Origin: Dehalococcoidia bacterium
GTDB taxonomy: Bacteria > Chloroflexota > Dehalococcoidia > DSTF01 > JACRBR01
Assembly (NCBI GenBank): GCA_041494685.1
Contig: JBGQBE010000010.1
Location: 1 to 64,000, forward strand
Reading direction: 5' to 3'
Length of the DNA: 64,000 nt
The position numbers were made by a program, and so were the translations under genes. Position 1 is the first letter of the stretch. Every line of letters begins with the position of its first letter. Below the pieces are notes generated by a model. It saw nothing but the letters and a program-made list of their open reading frames with translations. It searched no databases and had not been told where the DNA came from. This document shows positions 46,592 through 57,061 of the stretch, in pieces.

Positions 46592-48082
46592 ATGACGCGC
46601 GCGTTCGGCACGAGCCGTACGCCCGTCATGCCCATCGCCCTCGTCGCGGCGGTATCGCTGGCGGCGGGGATGTGCGTGGCGGTGCGGCCGTCCGCCGGGC
46701 CGTTGATGGCATCCGGCGCGGTGCTGGCCATGCTCTCGCTCAACTGGCGGCACGGCGTGACGCTGCTGCTCATCCTGCTGCCCTTCTCGGGCGTGCCGGT
46801 CTTCATGGGCGGGGCGGCCGGGCTGGAGCTGCGCGACGCGGCGATCATACTGCCGCTGTACGTGGCGTTCGCCCTCGCCGTCACGCGCGACACGGCGCTG
46901 ACCATGCCGCGGCTGGGCGCCGCGACGCCCGCGCTCGCGATCTTCGCGGCGCTGGTGCTGCTGCACATGCCCGTGTCCCAACCGGCCATGGTAAGCACGA
47001 TCGCGACGAAGGTGTGGCTCGCGTACATCCCGATGCTGGCGCTGGGGTACTGCTACGTGCGCCGGATCGACGACTTTGACCGTGTGATGCGCGTGACGGC
47101 GCTCGTCGGACTCATTCCGGCCGCGATCGCGATCGGCGAATGGTACCTGGCAGCTCAACACCCCGTGATCGTCCTCGGCCAGTGGAAGAACGACTTCGGG
47201 CCGTTTCGCTTCCTGTACGGCGCGTCGTACGACGAGGCACGGGGATCCTCGTTGTCGTTCCCCACGGCGTTCCACACGTTCATCATCCCCCGCATCCCCA
47301 GCACGTTCACGAGCGTGACACAGTACTACGGCTTCGCGCTTGTCGCGTTCGCGGCGGGGCTGTCGCAGGCCCTGCGCCACGGCGGCCGCGGCTGGACGCT
47401 CTGCGCCGTCGCGCTGGGGCTGGGCACTATCGCTTCCGGGGCGCGGCTGGCGTACGTCAGCGTGCCGCTCGTGACCGCCGCGGCCGTGATGCTCGCGGGC
47501 CCGAGCCGGCACCAGGTGACGCTCTTCGCCCTGGCCGGCGGCACCCTGCTCGCAGTAAGCGTGCTGTTTGTGAGGGCGCCGATCGACGTGCTCACGCTTA
47601 TGCCGGGCCACTTCATGGTCGAGGCGACGACAGCGTCCCGGGAGCTGCGCGCCAGCGGGATATCACACCTGATCGGGCGCGGCACGGGGTGGGACACGCA
47701 GTCAGCGCTGCGGTACGGGGGCAGTTCAGAGAAGCAGTACATCGAGAACTGGTACGCGAAGGCGGCGCTGGAGTTGGGGTTCGCCGGGCTGGCATCGATC
47801 GTCATCGTGATGGCGTCGCTCAGCACGCGTCTGCTCACGTCGGTGAGGCGCATGGAGCCGCAGGTGCGGCGGCTCGCAGCCCCGGTGGCTGTCCTTCTGC
47901 TCTGCACCGTCGCGACGTTGTTCAAGGGGCCGGTCATCGACGTGGATCCTCTAAACGTATATTTCTGGTTGTTCGCAGGCATGCTGCTCGGCATCGCGCG
48001 ACTGTCCGAGGCCGCGCCGCTCGACAGCGCCGGCGAAGCGCGCGCCAGGGACGTCAGGCCGCCGGAACGGGTCCCGTCGTGA
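46592..48082 (+). CDS. Wzy/O-antigen-ligase-like polytopic membrane protein (HpsL-like)
   Basis: About 10-12 TM; KVWLAYIP, RIPSTF, SGAR, GRGTG, ENWYAK..LELG..GL. Confidence 0.7.
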   Translation: MTRAFGTSRTPVMPIALVAAVSLAAGMCVAVRPSAGPLMASGAVLAMLSLNWRHGVTLLLILLPFSGVPVFMGGAAGLELRDAAIILPLYVAFALAVTRDTALTMPRLGAATPALAIFAALVLLHMPVSQPAMVSTIATKVWLAYIPMLALGYCYVRRIDDFDRVMRVTALVGLIPAAIAIGEWYLAAQHPVIVLGQWKNDFGPFRFLYGASYDEARGSSLSFPTAFHTFIIPRIPSTFTSVTQYYGFALVAFAAGLSQALRHGGRGWTLCAVALGLGTIASGARLAYVSVPLVTAAAVMLAGPSRHQVTLFALAGGTLLAVSVLFVRAPIDVLTLMPGHFMVEATTASRELRASGISHLIGRGTGWDTQSALRYGGSSEKQYIENWYAKAALELGFAGLASIVIVMASLSTRLLTSVRRMEPQVRRLAAPVAVLLLCTVATLFKGPVIDVDPLNVYFWLFAGMLLGIARLSEAAPLDSAGEARARDVRPPERVPS

Positions 48083-49302
48083 GCACGACCACGGCCGCGG
48101 GACAGCCGCATGCATTTCAGCTGACCGCACTGGACGGCCTCCGTGGGCTGGCGGCGCTGTACGTCGTCGCCCATCACGCGCGTATCTACCTGTGGGTGAG
48201 GTTCTACTCGTACGCCGCGACCAGTCGGTTCGGCGCCGGCGAGGTGCTGGCGTACGCCGCATCCGCGCTGCGATTCGGTCACCAGGCGGTGATCGTGTTC
48301 TTCCTGCTGAGCGGGTTTGTCATCCACCTGCGCAACGCGAAGTCACTCGCCCGCGGCGAAGAGGTGCGGGCGCGGCCAATGCGCTTTCTCCAGCGCCGCG
48401 CCTGGCGGCTGCTGCCTCCGCTGCTCTTCGCGCTGGTGCTGGTCGCCGGCCTCGACACGCTTGGCACGCAGCTGGCTCCGGCGCTGTACGCCGGGTTTCA
48501 CCACGACGCGCGGACGTTCGTGATGAACGTCCTGTTTCTGCAGGGGTTTGCCGCGCCAACGTTCGGATCGGACGGTGCGCTCTGGTCGCTGTCGTACGAG
48601 GGCGCGTTCTACTTGCTGTACCCGCTGTTCCTCGTCTGCCGCATACGCGCCGGCGGGCGCGCGGCGTTCGCGCTGGCGTTCGCCGCCGGCGGCGCCGGCT
48701 GGCTCGCCGCCCTCGCGGAGCCGGCGCCGGTGATCACGATCGCTCCCTATTTCGCGATCTGGGCGCTGGGCGCCTTGCTCGCCGAGGCGTACGCCCGCTC
48801 GACGCGGATCGCCTGGCCGGCGCCGATGCTGTCGGCCGGAGCCGCGCTCTCGGGGTCGGTCCTGCTGGCCGGTGAGCGCGTGGGGCAACCAACCTCGGAC
48901 ATCCTGTTCTCGCTGGGCGTGATCACCTTCCTGGGCGTGCTGCTGCTGCACCCGTGGGGGCGCTGGCCGGCGACGCAACTCGTGCGGGTGAGGGCGCTGG
49001 GCGCGTGCTCGTACACGCTCTACCTCATACACATGCCCGTGCTGTTGCTCATGGGGGCGCTCTGGATGCACGGTCACGGCGCCATGCCGCGGGCCGGCTG
49101 GCTTGCCGTGGCGGGCGTCGCCGCCGCCGTCGCGCTGGCGTTTGCGGTCGCGCCGCTCGTCGAAGCGCCGTTCACGGCGCGGCGGGATGCTGGACGCGCC
49201 GAGCCGCGAGCCATCGGCGCGCGTCGCCGGACGTTGGTGCGCCGCGCCAGCCGCGTGGTCGCCGACATCGAGCGCCGGCGCGACGACCGGGACGCCGCGT
49301 AG
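48079..49302 (+). CDS. Acyltransferase family 3 (OafA-like)
   Basis: LDGLRGLAAL.VV..H, FFLLSGFVI, LWSLSYE..FY, SYTLYLIHMP; GTG overlaps the previous stop. Confidence 0.92.
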   Translation: MSTTTAAGQPHAFQLTALDGLRGLAALYVVAHHARIYLWVRFYSYAATSRFGAGEVLAYAASALRFGHQAVIVFFLLSGFVIHLRNAKSLARGEEVRARPMRFLQRRAWRLLPPLLFALVLVAGLDTLGTQLAPALYAGFHHDARTFVMNVLFLQGFAAPTFGSDGALWSLSYEGAFYLLYPLFLVCRIRAGGRAAFALAFAAGGAGWLAALAEPAPVITIAPYFAIWALGALLAEAYARSTRIAWPAPMLSAGAALSGSVLLAGERVGQPTSDILFSLGVITFLGVLLLHPWGRWPATQLVRVRALGACSYTLYLIHMPVLLLMGALWMHGHGAMPRAGWLAVAGVAAAVALAFAVAPLVEAPFTARRDAGRAEPRAIGARRRTLVRRASRVVADIERRRDDRDAA

Positions 49303-49502
49303 CGACCGCCCCTGCCGTCACGCGCGCGCGTCACCAGCGGCGTGCCGGATTCACCTCCGCCTCGAGAACAAGAGCCACGCGCCCGGCGGATGTGCCGGCT
49401 CGATTGCGGGATCGTGTCGGTTCGTGTCTAATGCTGTTCGAAACGCCCGTACCTTGCGAAGGCACGGAGAAGACGTTCCGTAACGCAACGGAAGGAGACG
49501 CT

Positions 49503-49916
49503 GTGAAACACACCATTTATCTCATGATAGGGTTGCTGGCCGTGATAGCCGGCGCAACGCTGGCGGGCATGACGCTGGCGCCAAAAGAAGCGGCAGCCGG
49601 GTTCGTATCTACCGCTACGCCTACGCCTACGCCTGCGCCCCAGGAGATCGTGCGATCGGCAACGCCGACAGCCAGCGCCACGATGACGGCCACGCACACG
49701 CCGCAGCCCGTCATCGCTGCCACGAACACCCCTGTCCCGCCGGCACCGTCGGCGACGACGCCCGGCGGCGGCGCGGCCGGCAGCGGCTTGAAGCCGCCGA
49801 ACACGGGTAACGGCCCGGCGGGTTCAGCAGTGAACTGGCTGGCCCTCGGCGGCGCAGCGATGCTCATACTGGCCGGCTCCGGTTCGCTGGCGGTGGGCGC
49901 GCGACGCCGCAAGTAA
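49503..49916 (+). CDS. Small Thr/Pro-rich surface protein with sortase-like PPNTG signal
   Basis: AAGGAG RBS, GTG start, signal peptide, TP-rich linker, LKPPNTG + TM + RRRK. Confidence 0.75.
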   Translation: MKHTIYLMIGLLAVIAGATLAGMTLAPKEAAAGFVSTATPTPTPAPQEIVRSATPTASATMTATHTPQPVIAATNTPVPPAPSATTPGGGAAGSGLKPPNTGNGPAGSAVNWLALGGAAMLILAGSGSLAVGARRRK

Positions 49917-49943
49917 CGGTCCGCGGGTGCACAGTGAGTCTGC

Positions 49944-49978
49944 ACGGCACGCCGCCGCGTAACGCGGCGGCGTGCCGT
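49944..49978 (+). terminator. Strong stem-loop after the PPNTG gene
   Basis: 16-bp perfect stem ACGGCACGCCGCCGCG / CGCGGCGGCGTGCCGT; no U-tract. Confidence 0.6.
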
Positions 49979-50016
49979 CGTATGTCGTGGGTTCACCGCC
50001 CGGACAGGGTGGCCTA

Positions 50017-50949
50017 ATGCGGGCCTTGCTGGCCTTCCTCTGCGTGACACTGGCGGTCGTATTGCTGCCAGGCTGTGGCTCCAGCCCGAAGCCGCGCGCG
50101 CTCATCGTGTACGAGGCGCAGGTGGGCGAGGCCACCAACGTGTACACGATCGACCCGCAGAGCGGCGCTTCGCGCCAAATCACGGCCGGGACGAGCTTCG
50201 ATGGCAACCCGGCGTGGTCGCCGGACCGGAAGCGGATCCTCTTCAGCTCGCGCCGGGACGGCCAGTCGAGGAACGACCTGTATACGATGGACGCCGATGG
50301 CAGCAATGTGTCGCGTCTCACCGACACGCCAGACGCGGGCGAGTGGAGCGCGAAGTTCTCGCAGGACGGCTCGCAGATCGCGTACGTCCGGGAGGCGAGC
50401 GACGGGTGGTCCGTCTGGCTGATGCGCGCAGACGGGTCGGAGAGGCGACGCCTTGCGGGGGTGTATCCGCTCGCGGAGTTCCCGTCGTGGGCGCCGGGCG
50501 GACGCGACCTGTACTTTGCCGCGATCATGCCGACACCGGCCGGCACACCGACCGCGAGTTTGCACATCTACTCCGTCGATATCACGACCGGCAGCGTGCG
50601 GACGCGCATTGACACCGGCGGGACGGACGTGTGCCCGCACTTCTCGCGCGACGGGAAGTGGCTGACGTACGCTGCCGGGCGCGCCGGCGGCGAGTACGCT
50701 TCCGGCAACAACCTTGACCTGTTCGCCCACGACCTATCGTCCGACGACACGACGGGCGCGCACGACGTCGCGCTCACGGACGATCCGGCGCGCGACGACT
50801 ACGGCAACGCGTCGCCGGACGGCACGCAGATGGTGTTCGTCTCCGATCGGGACGGCAACGCGGAGCTCTATCTGATGGACCGCGACGGCTCTCACCAACG
50901 GCGACTGACGAGCACGCCGGACGCGCGGGAGAACGTGCCGGACTGGTAG
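50017..50949 (+). CDS. TolB-like PD40 beta-propeller lipoprotein
   Basis: Lipobox LLPGC; PAWSPD, FSQDG, SPDG..FVSDRDGN.ELY.MD.DG, terminal PDW. Confidence 0.88.
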   Translation: MRALLAFLCVTLAVVLLPGCGSSPKPRALIVYEAQVGEATNVYTIDPQSGASRQITAGTSFDGNPAWSPDRKRILFSSRRDGQSRNDLYTMDADGSNVSRLTDTPDAGEWSAKFSQDGSQIAYVREASDGWSVWLMRADGSERRRLAGVYPLAEFPSWAPGGRDLYFAAIMPTPAGTPTASLHIYSVDITTGSVRTRIDTGGTDVCPHFSRDGKWLTYAAGRAGGEYASGNNLDLFAHDLSSDDTTGAHDVALTDDPARDDYGNASPDGTQMVFVSDRDGNAELYLMDRDGSHQRRLTSTPDARENVPDW

Positions 50950-51066
50950 AGCGCCGCCTGGCGCCACGGATCGCCGAGCGATAGTTGGCCCCACCGGCCG
51001 ACAGTGCATTCGCACGAAAGGCCTGTACGGCCCGGCGACGGGTCAGCATCACGAGGACCGAGCGCG

Positions 51067-52329
51067 TCACTCATGCCGGAGCGCATCGACGGGGTCGAGG
51101 CCAGCGGCGTGATACGCCGGATAGATCCCGAAGAAGATGCCGACCAGCGCGGACACACCCACGGTGATCATGATGGACGTCGGTGTGACCACCGTCTGCA
51201 GGCGCCCGCCCATAAGCGGCTTCCCGTCGGCGAAGGCGGCGGCGAGCACCCCCAGGCCGACGCCGATGAAGCCGCCTGCCATCGTCACCGCCACCGCCTC
51301 CGTCAGGAATTGCAGCAGGATGTCGCGGCGGCGCGCGCCCAAGGCTTTGCGGATGCCCACTTCGCGCGTGCGCTCGGTGACGGACACGAGCATGATGTTC
51401 ATGATGCCGATGCCGCCGACCAGGAGGGCGATGCTCGCGATCGTGCCCATGAAGACCATCAGTCCGCGCTTGATATCGTCCATGGTCTTCAGCAGCTCCT
51501 CCTGACTGAGGATGGTGAAGTCATCCTCGCTGCCGCGGTGGCGTTCCCGCAGCAGCTGGCCGACGTCCTCCCTCGCGCGGGCGAGCTGGGTCCGGTCGCT
51601 GACGGAGACGCTGACTTGCATGACGTTGGCCAGTCCGAGGGCGCTGCGGTCGGCCGCGATCTTGGCCTGCATGGTCGAAAGGGGAATGAACACGGCATCG
51701 CCGCGGTCGCTTCCGCCAAACGAGCCCTTCTCCTCCATCACTCCTATCACCCTGAATGCCAGGGACGCGTCGACGCCGGTGACGGCGACCCGCACGGATT
51801 GACCGATAGGATCGGCCTCACCGAAGAGATCACGCGCCACCTTCCTGCCGAGCACGGCGCTGAGCGTCCGCCGGCTCAAGTCGGACTCGTCGATGAACTT
51901 GCCGCGGTCCGCGTAGAAGTTGCGCACCCACTGGTAGCTCGGCGTGACGCCGTAGACCATGGTGTCGACCGACGTCGATGCCTCGGTGACGCGGGCGCGG
52001 TAGTAGCTCTGCGGCGCGACGCCGTCCACGTACGGGAAGCGGCGACGATCCTCCATGGCGTTGGCATCCTGCAGCGTCAGGCCGCTCACGGCCGCCTGGT
52101 GCGAGCCCGGCGGGCGACCGGCGTCCACCGGCCGCTCCTGGATGAAGAGCAGGTTGCTGCCAAGGTCGCCAATGCGGTTGGTGACGCTGCGCGTCGCCCC
52201 CTCGCCGATGGCCATGAGAGCGATCACCGACGCCACTCCGATCACCATCCCGAGTAGGGTGAGACCAGAGCGGAGCTTGTTCACCGTCAGTGCCGTGATG
52301 GCGGTTCTCAGCGTGTCGCCGAATGTCAT
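51067..52329 (-). CDS. MacB/FtsX-like ABC transporter permease
   Basis: NKLRSGLTLLG, VGGIGIMNIMLVSVTERTREVGIRKALGA, YPA..AA.LDP..ALR.E. Confidence 0.95.
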   Translation of the reverse strand: MTFGDTLRTAITALTVNKLRSGLTLLGMVIGVASVIALMAIGEGATRSVTNRIGDLGSNLLFIQERPVDAGRPPGSHQAAVSGLTLQDANAMEDRRRFPYVDGVAPQSYYRARVTEASTSVDTMVYGVTPSYQWVRNFYADRGKFIDESDLSRRTLSAVLGRKVARDLFGEADPIGQSVRVAVTGVDASLAFRVIGVMEEKGSFGGSDRGDAVFIPLSTMQAKIAADRSALGLANVMQVSVSVSDRTQLARAREDVGQLLRERHRGSEDDFTILSQEELLKTMDDIKRGLMVFMGTIASIALLVGGIGIMNIMLVSVTERTREVGIRKALGARRRDILLQFLTEAVAVTMAGGFIGVGLGVLAAAFADGKPLMGGRLQTVVTPTSIMITVGVSALVGIFFGIYPAYHAAGLDPVDALRHE

Positions 52330-52342
52330 CGCCCGGCCTCTC

Positions 52343-54229
52343 TCAGCGAACGCCACCCGGCAGGGTGCGTTCGCGCGTGGGCAGCGCTCTCGGCGCGGCG
52401 TTCGTTACTGTCCTCAACACCACCTGCTCTCCTTCGCTCAGCCCCGATATCACCTCGACGTACTGGCCGTCACTGATGCCGGCCTCCACCGTCCGCTCCT
52501 CAATCACGCCGGTGGCGATGACGTCGACGATCTGCTCGCGGCCAATGCGGCGGAGTGCGCGCGTCGGTATGGCCAATACGTCGGCCTTCTCCGTGATCAG
52601 CACCTCCGCGACGCCACCCATGCCCGTGACGGGACGGACCGCGCCCTCCGGCACGGTCAGGCTGGCCTCGGCGACGTAGGTCGCCACTCCCTGTTCGATC
52701 TTGGGAGCATCGCCCATGTTCCGGATCACAAACGAGTAGGGTTGGTTCGGCATGGCGTCAAACGTGATGGTCCCGTGCTGGCCGCCACTGACGTACGGCC
52801 GGTCGTTCTCGCCGACCACGAGGGACAGGCGGAGCGATCCGGGCGCGAGCAGGACAAAGGCCGGCGACGCGGGAGACGTGTACTCGCCGGGGTGTATGTT
52901 GACGGCGGCTACCACGCCGCGGAACGGCGCCAGCAGCTGTGCGTGGGTTTGGTCCACATGCGCGCGCAGCATGGCAATCTCCGCCACTTTGACCTGCGCA
53001 CTCATGATCGCGACATCGTCGGCGTTGGCCCCGTCCAGCAGATCCGCGAGCTTCGCATCCGCCGCCGCCAAAGCAGCATCGGCGCTCGCCAGTGCGCTGC
53101 GGGCGACTGCGCGCTCTTCCGGCTTGGCGCCGTCCTGCACCTCGGTCAACTGCGAGCGGGCGGCGGTGAGAGCATCGCGGGCGGCGGCAACGGCGGACTC
53201 CGCTGCCTGGATCTGAGTGGGATCGGCCCCCGCCAGCAGCTTGTCCCGCCTCTCTTGACCCGCAGCCAGGTTCGACCGGGCCACGTCGACCGCGTCCGAA
53301 GCCGCCGCTGCCGACTCGATGGCTGTCAGGTACGTGGCATTGGCCGCAAGCAGCGTCGAGATATCGCGGGCGAGGGCCGAGTCGCTTGTGCCGGAGATAT
53401 CGGCGATCAGCAGAGTGAGCGTCGCTTGCGCCAGCGGTACGGTCGGGGAGGAGCAGACCTCGGCCCTGGCCGAGGCCTGCAGACAGTAGGCGGCGCGCGC
53501 GCTCAGCAGCCCGGACTGACCGGCCGCTACGCGCGCCTGCGCGTCCTCCGACGCCAGCTCCGCCGACGACAGCGCGGCGCGGGCTGACTCGACGCCAGCC
53601 TCGGCGGCGGCGGCGTCGGCCGCGGAGGCGCCGTCGCGCAGCTGCTGAAGTGTGTCTTCGCTCTGGGCGAGCGCCGCCTCTGCCTTCGTCACGGCAGCTC
53701 GCCCTGCCTCGAGGCCAGCGGTAGAAGCGCCTTCCTCCGTCTTGCGCACGTCGTCGGCAGCCTTGTCACGCCCAGCCTGAGCGCCGGCGACGGCCTGCTG
53801 GGCGGCAGCGACCTCGGACGGGGAGGCGCCGTGCAGCAGTTGCTTGAGCTTCAGCCGCGCCAGCTCCAGGTTCGCCGCTGCGGCCAGGACCGCGCCATCC
53901 AGATCGTCGCTCTCCATGACGGCGAGCGGTTGCCCGGCTTCCACACTGTCACCTAGCTGTACGGGCACTTCTTTCACGCGCCCCGGCATGGCGAAACTGA
54001 GGGCGGCCGACTCTTGCGATTCGACGCTGCCCGAGGCTTCGATGGTGGAGCGTATGGTGGTGCGGGTGACCGCAACGGTTTCGGCCGGTTGCTCAGTGGC
54101 GCCGGCGCTGAACCACAGGCGGTATGCAGCGAAGATGAGCGCGGCGATGGCCAGCGCAACAGCCATCCACCGCCAACCGCGGCGCTGTTCGCCCGCGATG
54201 GACACGGAAGCTTCGTCCTTGCGTGCCAT
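52343..54229 (-). CDS. MacA/HlyD-like adaptor with extended coiled coil
   Basis: GRVKEV.V..GD.V..GQ.LA, long Ala-rich heptads, APFRGVV, G.SDG..VEVISGL.EG. Confidence 0.9.
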   Translation of the reverse strand: MARKDEASVSIAGEQRRGWRWMAVALAIAALIFAAYRLWFSAGATEQPAETVAVTRTTIRSTIEASGSVESQESAALSFAMPGRVKEVPVQLGDSVEAGQPLAVMESDDLDGAVLAAAANLELARLKLKQLLHGASPSEVAAAQQAVAGAQAGRDKAADDVRKTEEGASTAGLEAGRAAVTKAEAALAQSEDTLQQLRDGASAADAAAAEAGVESARAALSSAELASEDAQARVAAGQSGLLSARAAYCLQASARAEVCSSPTVPLAQATLTLLIADISGTSDSALARDISTLLAANATYLTAIESAAAASDAVDVARSNLAAGQERRDKLLAGADPTQIQAAESAVAAARDALTAARSQLTEVQDGAKPEERAVARSALASADAALAAADAKLADLLDGANADDVAIMSAQVKVAEIAMLRAHVDQTHAQLLAPFRGVVAAVNIHPGEYTSPASPAFVLLAPGSLRLSLVVGENDRPYVSGGQHGTITFDAMPNQPYSFVIRNMGDAPKIEQGVATYVAEASLTVPEGAVRPVTGMGGVAEVLITEKADVLAIPTRALRRIGREQIVDVIATGVIEERTVEAGISDGQYVEVISGLSEGEQVVLRTVTNAAPRALPTRERTLPGGVR

Positions 54230-54568
54230 CAGCCGTCACAGACGCTGGACGTGTATGCGGCTGCCCGGGGGGCGGCCCGCGGTCGGTGTGGCGCCATTCC
54301 GCAACGCTAGGCCACGGGCAAAGCCGCGCACTAGCGCCAAATGGCCTGCATTCCGCGCCGCGCCTTGACGTAACCGGCCCGCCAACACGGGACGCGCCGT
54401 TCTGCTCCAGGCGGCGGGTGACATTCGGCACTTGGCGCGGGCGGCCGCGCGAGGGAGCATCGAACACACGGCATCACTGCCTGCATTCGCGGCGGCCCGC
54501 ACCGTCCGCAGGCGCGTCTCTCGGGAGGACAAGTTGCACGACGTTCCGCCCGGCGCCCGGCCCAGTCG

Positions 54569-55978
54569 ATGAGCGGCGAGCAGGCCGGCGAGTCAGCCAT
54601 GCACCCGGATGCCGCGCTGCTCGAGGGGGCGCTGCTTCTGACGGGATGGCGCCGCAGCTTCTCCTCGCTCTCCAGCAACCGCGACTTCACGTTCCTGTTC
54701 GCCGGCAACATCGGCTTCTTCTTCGGAATGCAGATGATGATGATCCTGAGTGGCTGGCTCGTCATCGAACGATGGGATAACCCCGCGTTTCTCGGCTACG
54801 TCATGGCGACGGCCGCGATCCCCATGCTCGTGCTGGCGCCCATCGGCGGCGTGGTCAGCGATCGCGTCGACAAGCGCAAGCTGCTCCTGGCCACGCAATG
54901 CCTGCTCGTCCTGACCAGCAGCGTGGTGACTGCCCTGATCCTGACCGATACGATCGAGTTCTGGCACTTGCTGGTCATCACGCCGGTGTCGGGCGCGGCG
55001 TTCTCCTTCAACATTCCGGGCCGACAGGCGCTCGTCGCCATCCTGGTGCCTCGCGATCGGCTGATGAACGCGATCTCCCTCAGTACGGCCGCGATGAACG
55101 TCAGCAGGATCGTCGCCCCGGCGATGGCCGGAGTCCTCGTCGCCCCGATCGGCATCGGAGGTGCGTACATTGTCGCCGTCGCCTTCTACGCCTCCTCCGC
55201 CGCCGCGACCGTGTTCTTACCGCCCTCACGGCCGCGGCGGAGCCGCGAATTCACGTTCCTCGAAGACTTCGCCGGCGGCTTCCGCTACATCCGGAGCTCA
55301 GCGCTGCTGATGGGCCTGCTGCTCTTCGCCACGGTCCCGATGATCTTCGCGATGCCGTACCAGACACTCCTCCCGGTGTTCGCGGACGAGGTCTGGAAGG
55401 TCGGATCCGTTGGATTCGGCGTGATGCAGGCGTCCGCGGGTGTCGGCGGACTCGTCGGCGCGTTCGTCGTCGCCAATCTCGACGCCTATCGCCGAAAGGG
55501 GACACTGATGCTGGGCGCCGCCCTCGGCTTTGGCGCCCTCCTGCTTGTGTTTGCCCTGTCGCCGTGGTTCGTGCTCGCACTCGGGTTGATGGCGGCGATC
55601 GGCTTCGTGTCCATGACCTTCATGACGGTGAACAACACCGCAATCCAGATGGTGATCCCCGACGAGGTCCGCGGGCGGGTGATGAGCGTGATGATGATGA
55701 CGTTCGGGTTCATGCCTCTGGGTGCCGTCCCGGCGGGGATCGCGGCGCAGAGCATCGGCGCTCCGCCCGTCGTTGCGGCGGGAGCGCTGCTGTTCACCGT
55801 CTCGACGCTCGGCATCTTCGCCGCGGTGCCGTCGCTGCGAACGCTGAATCGCGGCATGGAAGAGGGCCGCGCACTGGAGACGGCCCGCCGCACCGGATCA
55901 GCACCGGCAGAGTCAGGCTCGGCCCCGATACCCGCCGCGCCGCTCGTTCGGGAACGGAGCGCGACGGAGCGACTCTAG
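54569..55978 (+). CDS. MFS transporter (start uncertain)
   Basis: GGVVSDRVDKRK motif A, about 12 TM, IPDEVRGRVMS. Confidence 0.93.
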   Translation: MSGEQAGESAMHPDAALLEGALLLTGWRRSFSSLSSNRDFTFLFAGNIGFFFGMQMMMILSGWLVIERWDNPAFLGYVMATAAIPMLVLAPIGGVVSDRVDKRKLLLATQCLLVLTSSVVTALILTDTIEFWHLLVITPVSGAAFSFNIPGRQALVAILVPRDRLMNAISLSTAAMNVSRIVAPAMAGVLVAPIGIGGAYIVAVAFYASSAAATVFLPPSRPRRSREFTFLEDFAGGFRYIRSSALLMGLLLFATVPMIFAMPYQTLLPVFADEVWKVGSVGFGVMQASAGVGGLVGAFVVANLDAYRRKGTLMLGAALGFGALLLVFALSPWFVLALGLMAAIGFVSMTFMTVNNTAIQMVIPDEVRGRVMSVMMMTFGFMPLGAVPAGIAAQSIGAPPVVAAGALLFTVSTLGIFAAVPSLRTLNRGMEEGRALETARRTGSAPAESGSAPIPAAPLVRERSATERL

Positions 55979-56250
55979 GCAGGCGCCTCGCGCGATTGTG
56001 CCAGGGTCGTCGCCCTGCTCTCACTTTAGCCGGAGTGTTTGCCGTTCTTGGTCGTTGCTCCTCATCTGGTGATGACGTCACACTAATAGTGCCGGGGAGT
56101 ATCGAGCAGAGCCGAACGACGACGTGGTGAGGGTGCCGATCGGCATGACTGTTCAAACCTCACTCACCTTCAGACTCGCGTGTTTAGGCCGGTCGGCCCT
56201 TATCCGCGTCCCAGCTATCCCATAAGGTGAGGGGGAGTATAGGAGGGACG

Positions 56251-56550
56251 ATGACGGTGAGCCTGATCAAGGCCAGCCATTCGTACGCCGCGGACAAGAG
56301 CAGGATCCTGACGCGGCTCAGGCGCATCGAGGGGCAAGCCCGCGGCCTGGCGAAGATGGTCGAAGAAGACCGGTACTGCATCGACATCATGCAGCAGATC
56401 GCGTCGCTGCGCGCTGCCGCCGACGCGGTGGCACTGGTCCTGCTGCGCGACCACCTCGACGGCTGCGTCCGCGAGGCGGTGCGGGACGGGGGCGGAGCGG
56501 AGAAGATCGACGAGGTCGTTGAGGCGGTCAGGCGCTACAGCCGCAGCTGA
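56251..56550 (+). CDS. csoR: Copper-sensing CsoR repressor
   Basis: RLRRIEGQ.RG..KMVEEDRYCIDI..Q...HLDGC, the x-C-H-C fingerprint. Confidence 0.88.
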   Translation: MTVSLIKASHSYAADKSRILTRLRRIEGQARGLAKMVEEDRYCIDIMQQIASLRAAADAVALVLLRDHLDGCVREAVRDGGGAEKIDEVVEAVRRYSRS

Positions 56551-56589
56551 CGCTTCGCGCGGACCTCGCACACAGAAAGGAGTCTGATC

Positions 56590-57048
56590 ATGCGTCAGAC
56601 AGGTACACCCAGAATGATTGCGTTGGCGTTGATCGCCGGTATCGCGGTGGCCGCTCTCGTGTTCGCCACCGCGATGACCGCTTTCGCCATGTCGCGCGGC
56701 GATTGGGGGATGGGTGGCTGGGGGATGGGTAGCGGACATATGAGCCGTATGATGGGCGGTGGCACCAACTCGTCGAGCGCGCCCCTATCTGTCGGCACCA
56801 CGTCCGAGAGCATCGCGATCCGTGACTTCGCCTTCGCCCCCGGCAACCTGCAGATCCCGGTGGGGGCTACCGTCACGTGGACGAACTACGACGACGTTCC
56901 GCACACGGCCAGCGCGAAGGACGGCAGCTGGGACACCGGCATCCTCAACAAGGGCGACAGCAAGACCCTCACGTTCGACAAAGCGGGCGAGTACGAGTAC
57001 TACTGCAAGGTGCATCCGAACATGGTCGCCCGGTTGACCGTCCGGTAG
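56590..57048 (+). CDS. Cupredoxin (amicyanin/plastocyanin-like) with Met/Gly-rich linker
   Basis: WTN.D.VPHT and YYCKVHPNM type-1 Cu ligands. Confidence 0.9.
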   Translation: MRQTGTPRMIALALIAGIAVAALVFATAMTAFAMSRGDWGMGGWGMGSGHMSRMMGGGTNSSSAPLSVGTTSESIAIRDFAFAPGNLQIPVGATVTWTNYDDVPHTASAKDGSWDTGILNKGDSKTLTFDKAGEYEYYCKVHPNMVARLTVR

Positions 57049-57061
57049 GGGGAGTCAAGAG

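Noticed and set aside
49440..49500. Two small hairpins, one overlapping the RBS of the PPNTG gene
   Set aside because: Short stems with no recognisable aptamer; could be chance.
55980..56210. Possible riboswitch in the MFS-csoR intergenic region
   Set aside because: Only a superficial GGTGATG match to the fluoride riboswitch; pairing elements are missing.
56216..56241. Possible CsoR operator TATCCC...GGGGGAGTATA
   Set aside because: Too imperfect a palindrome to call.
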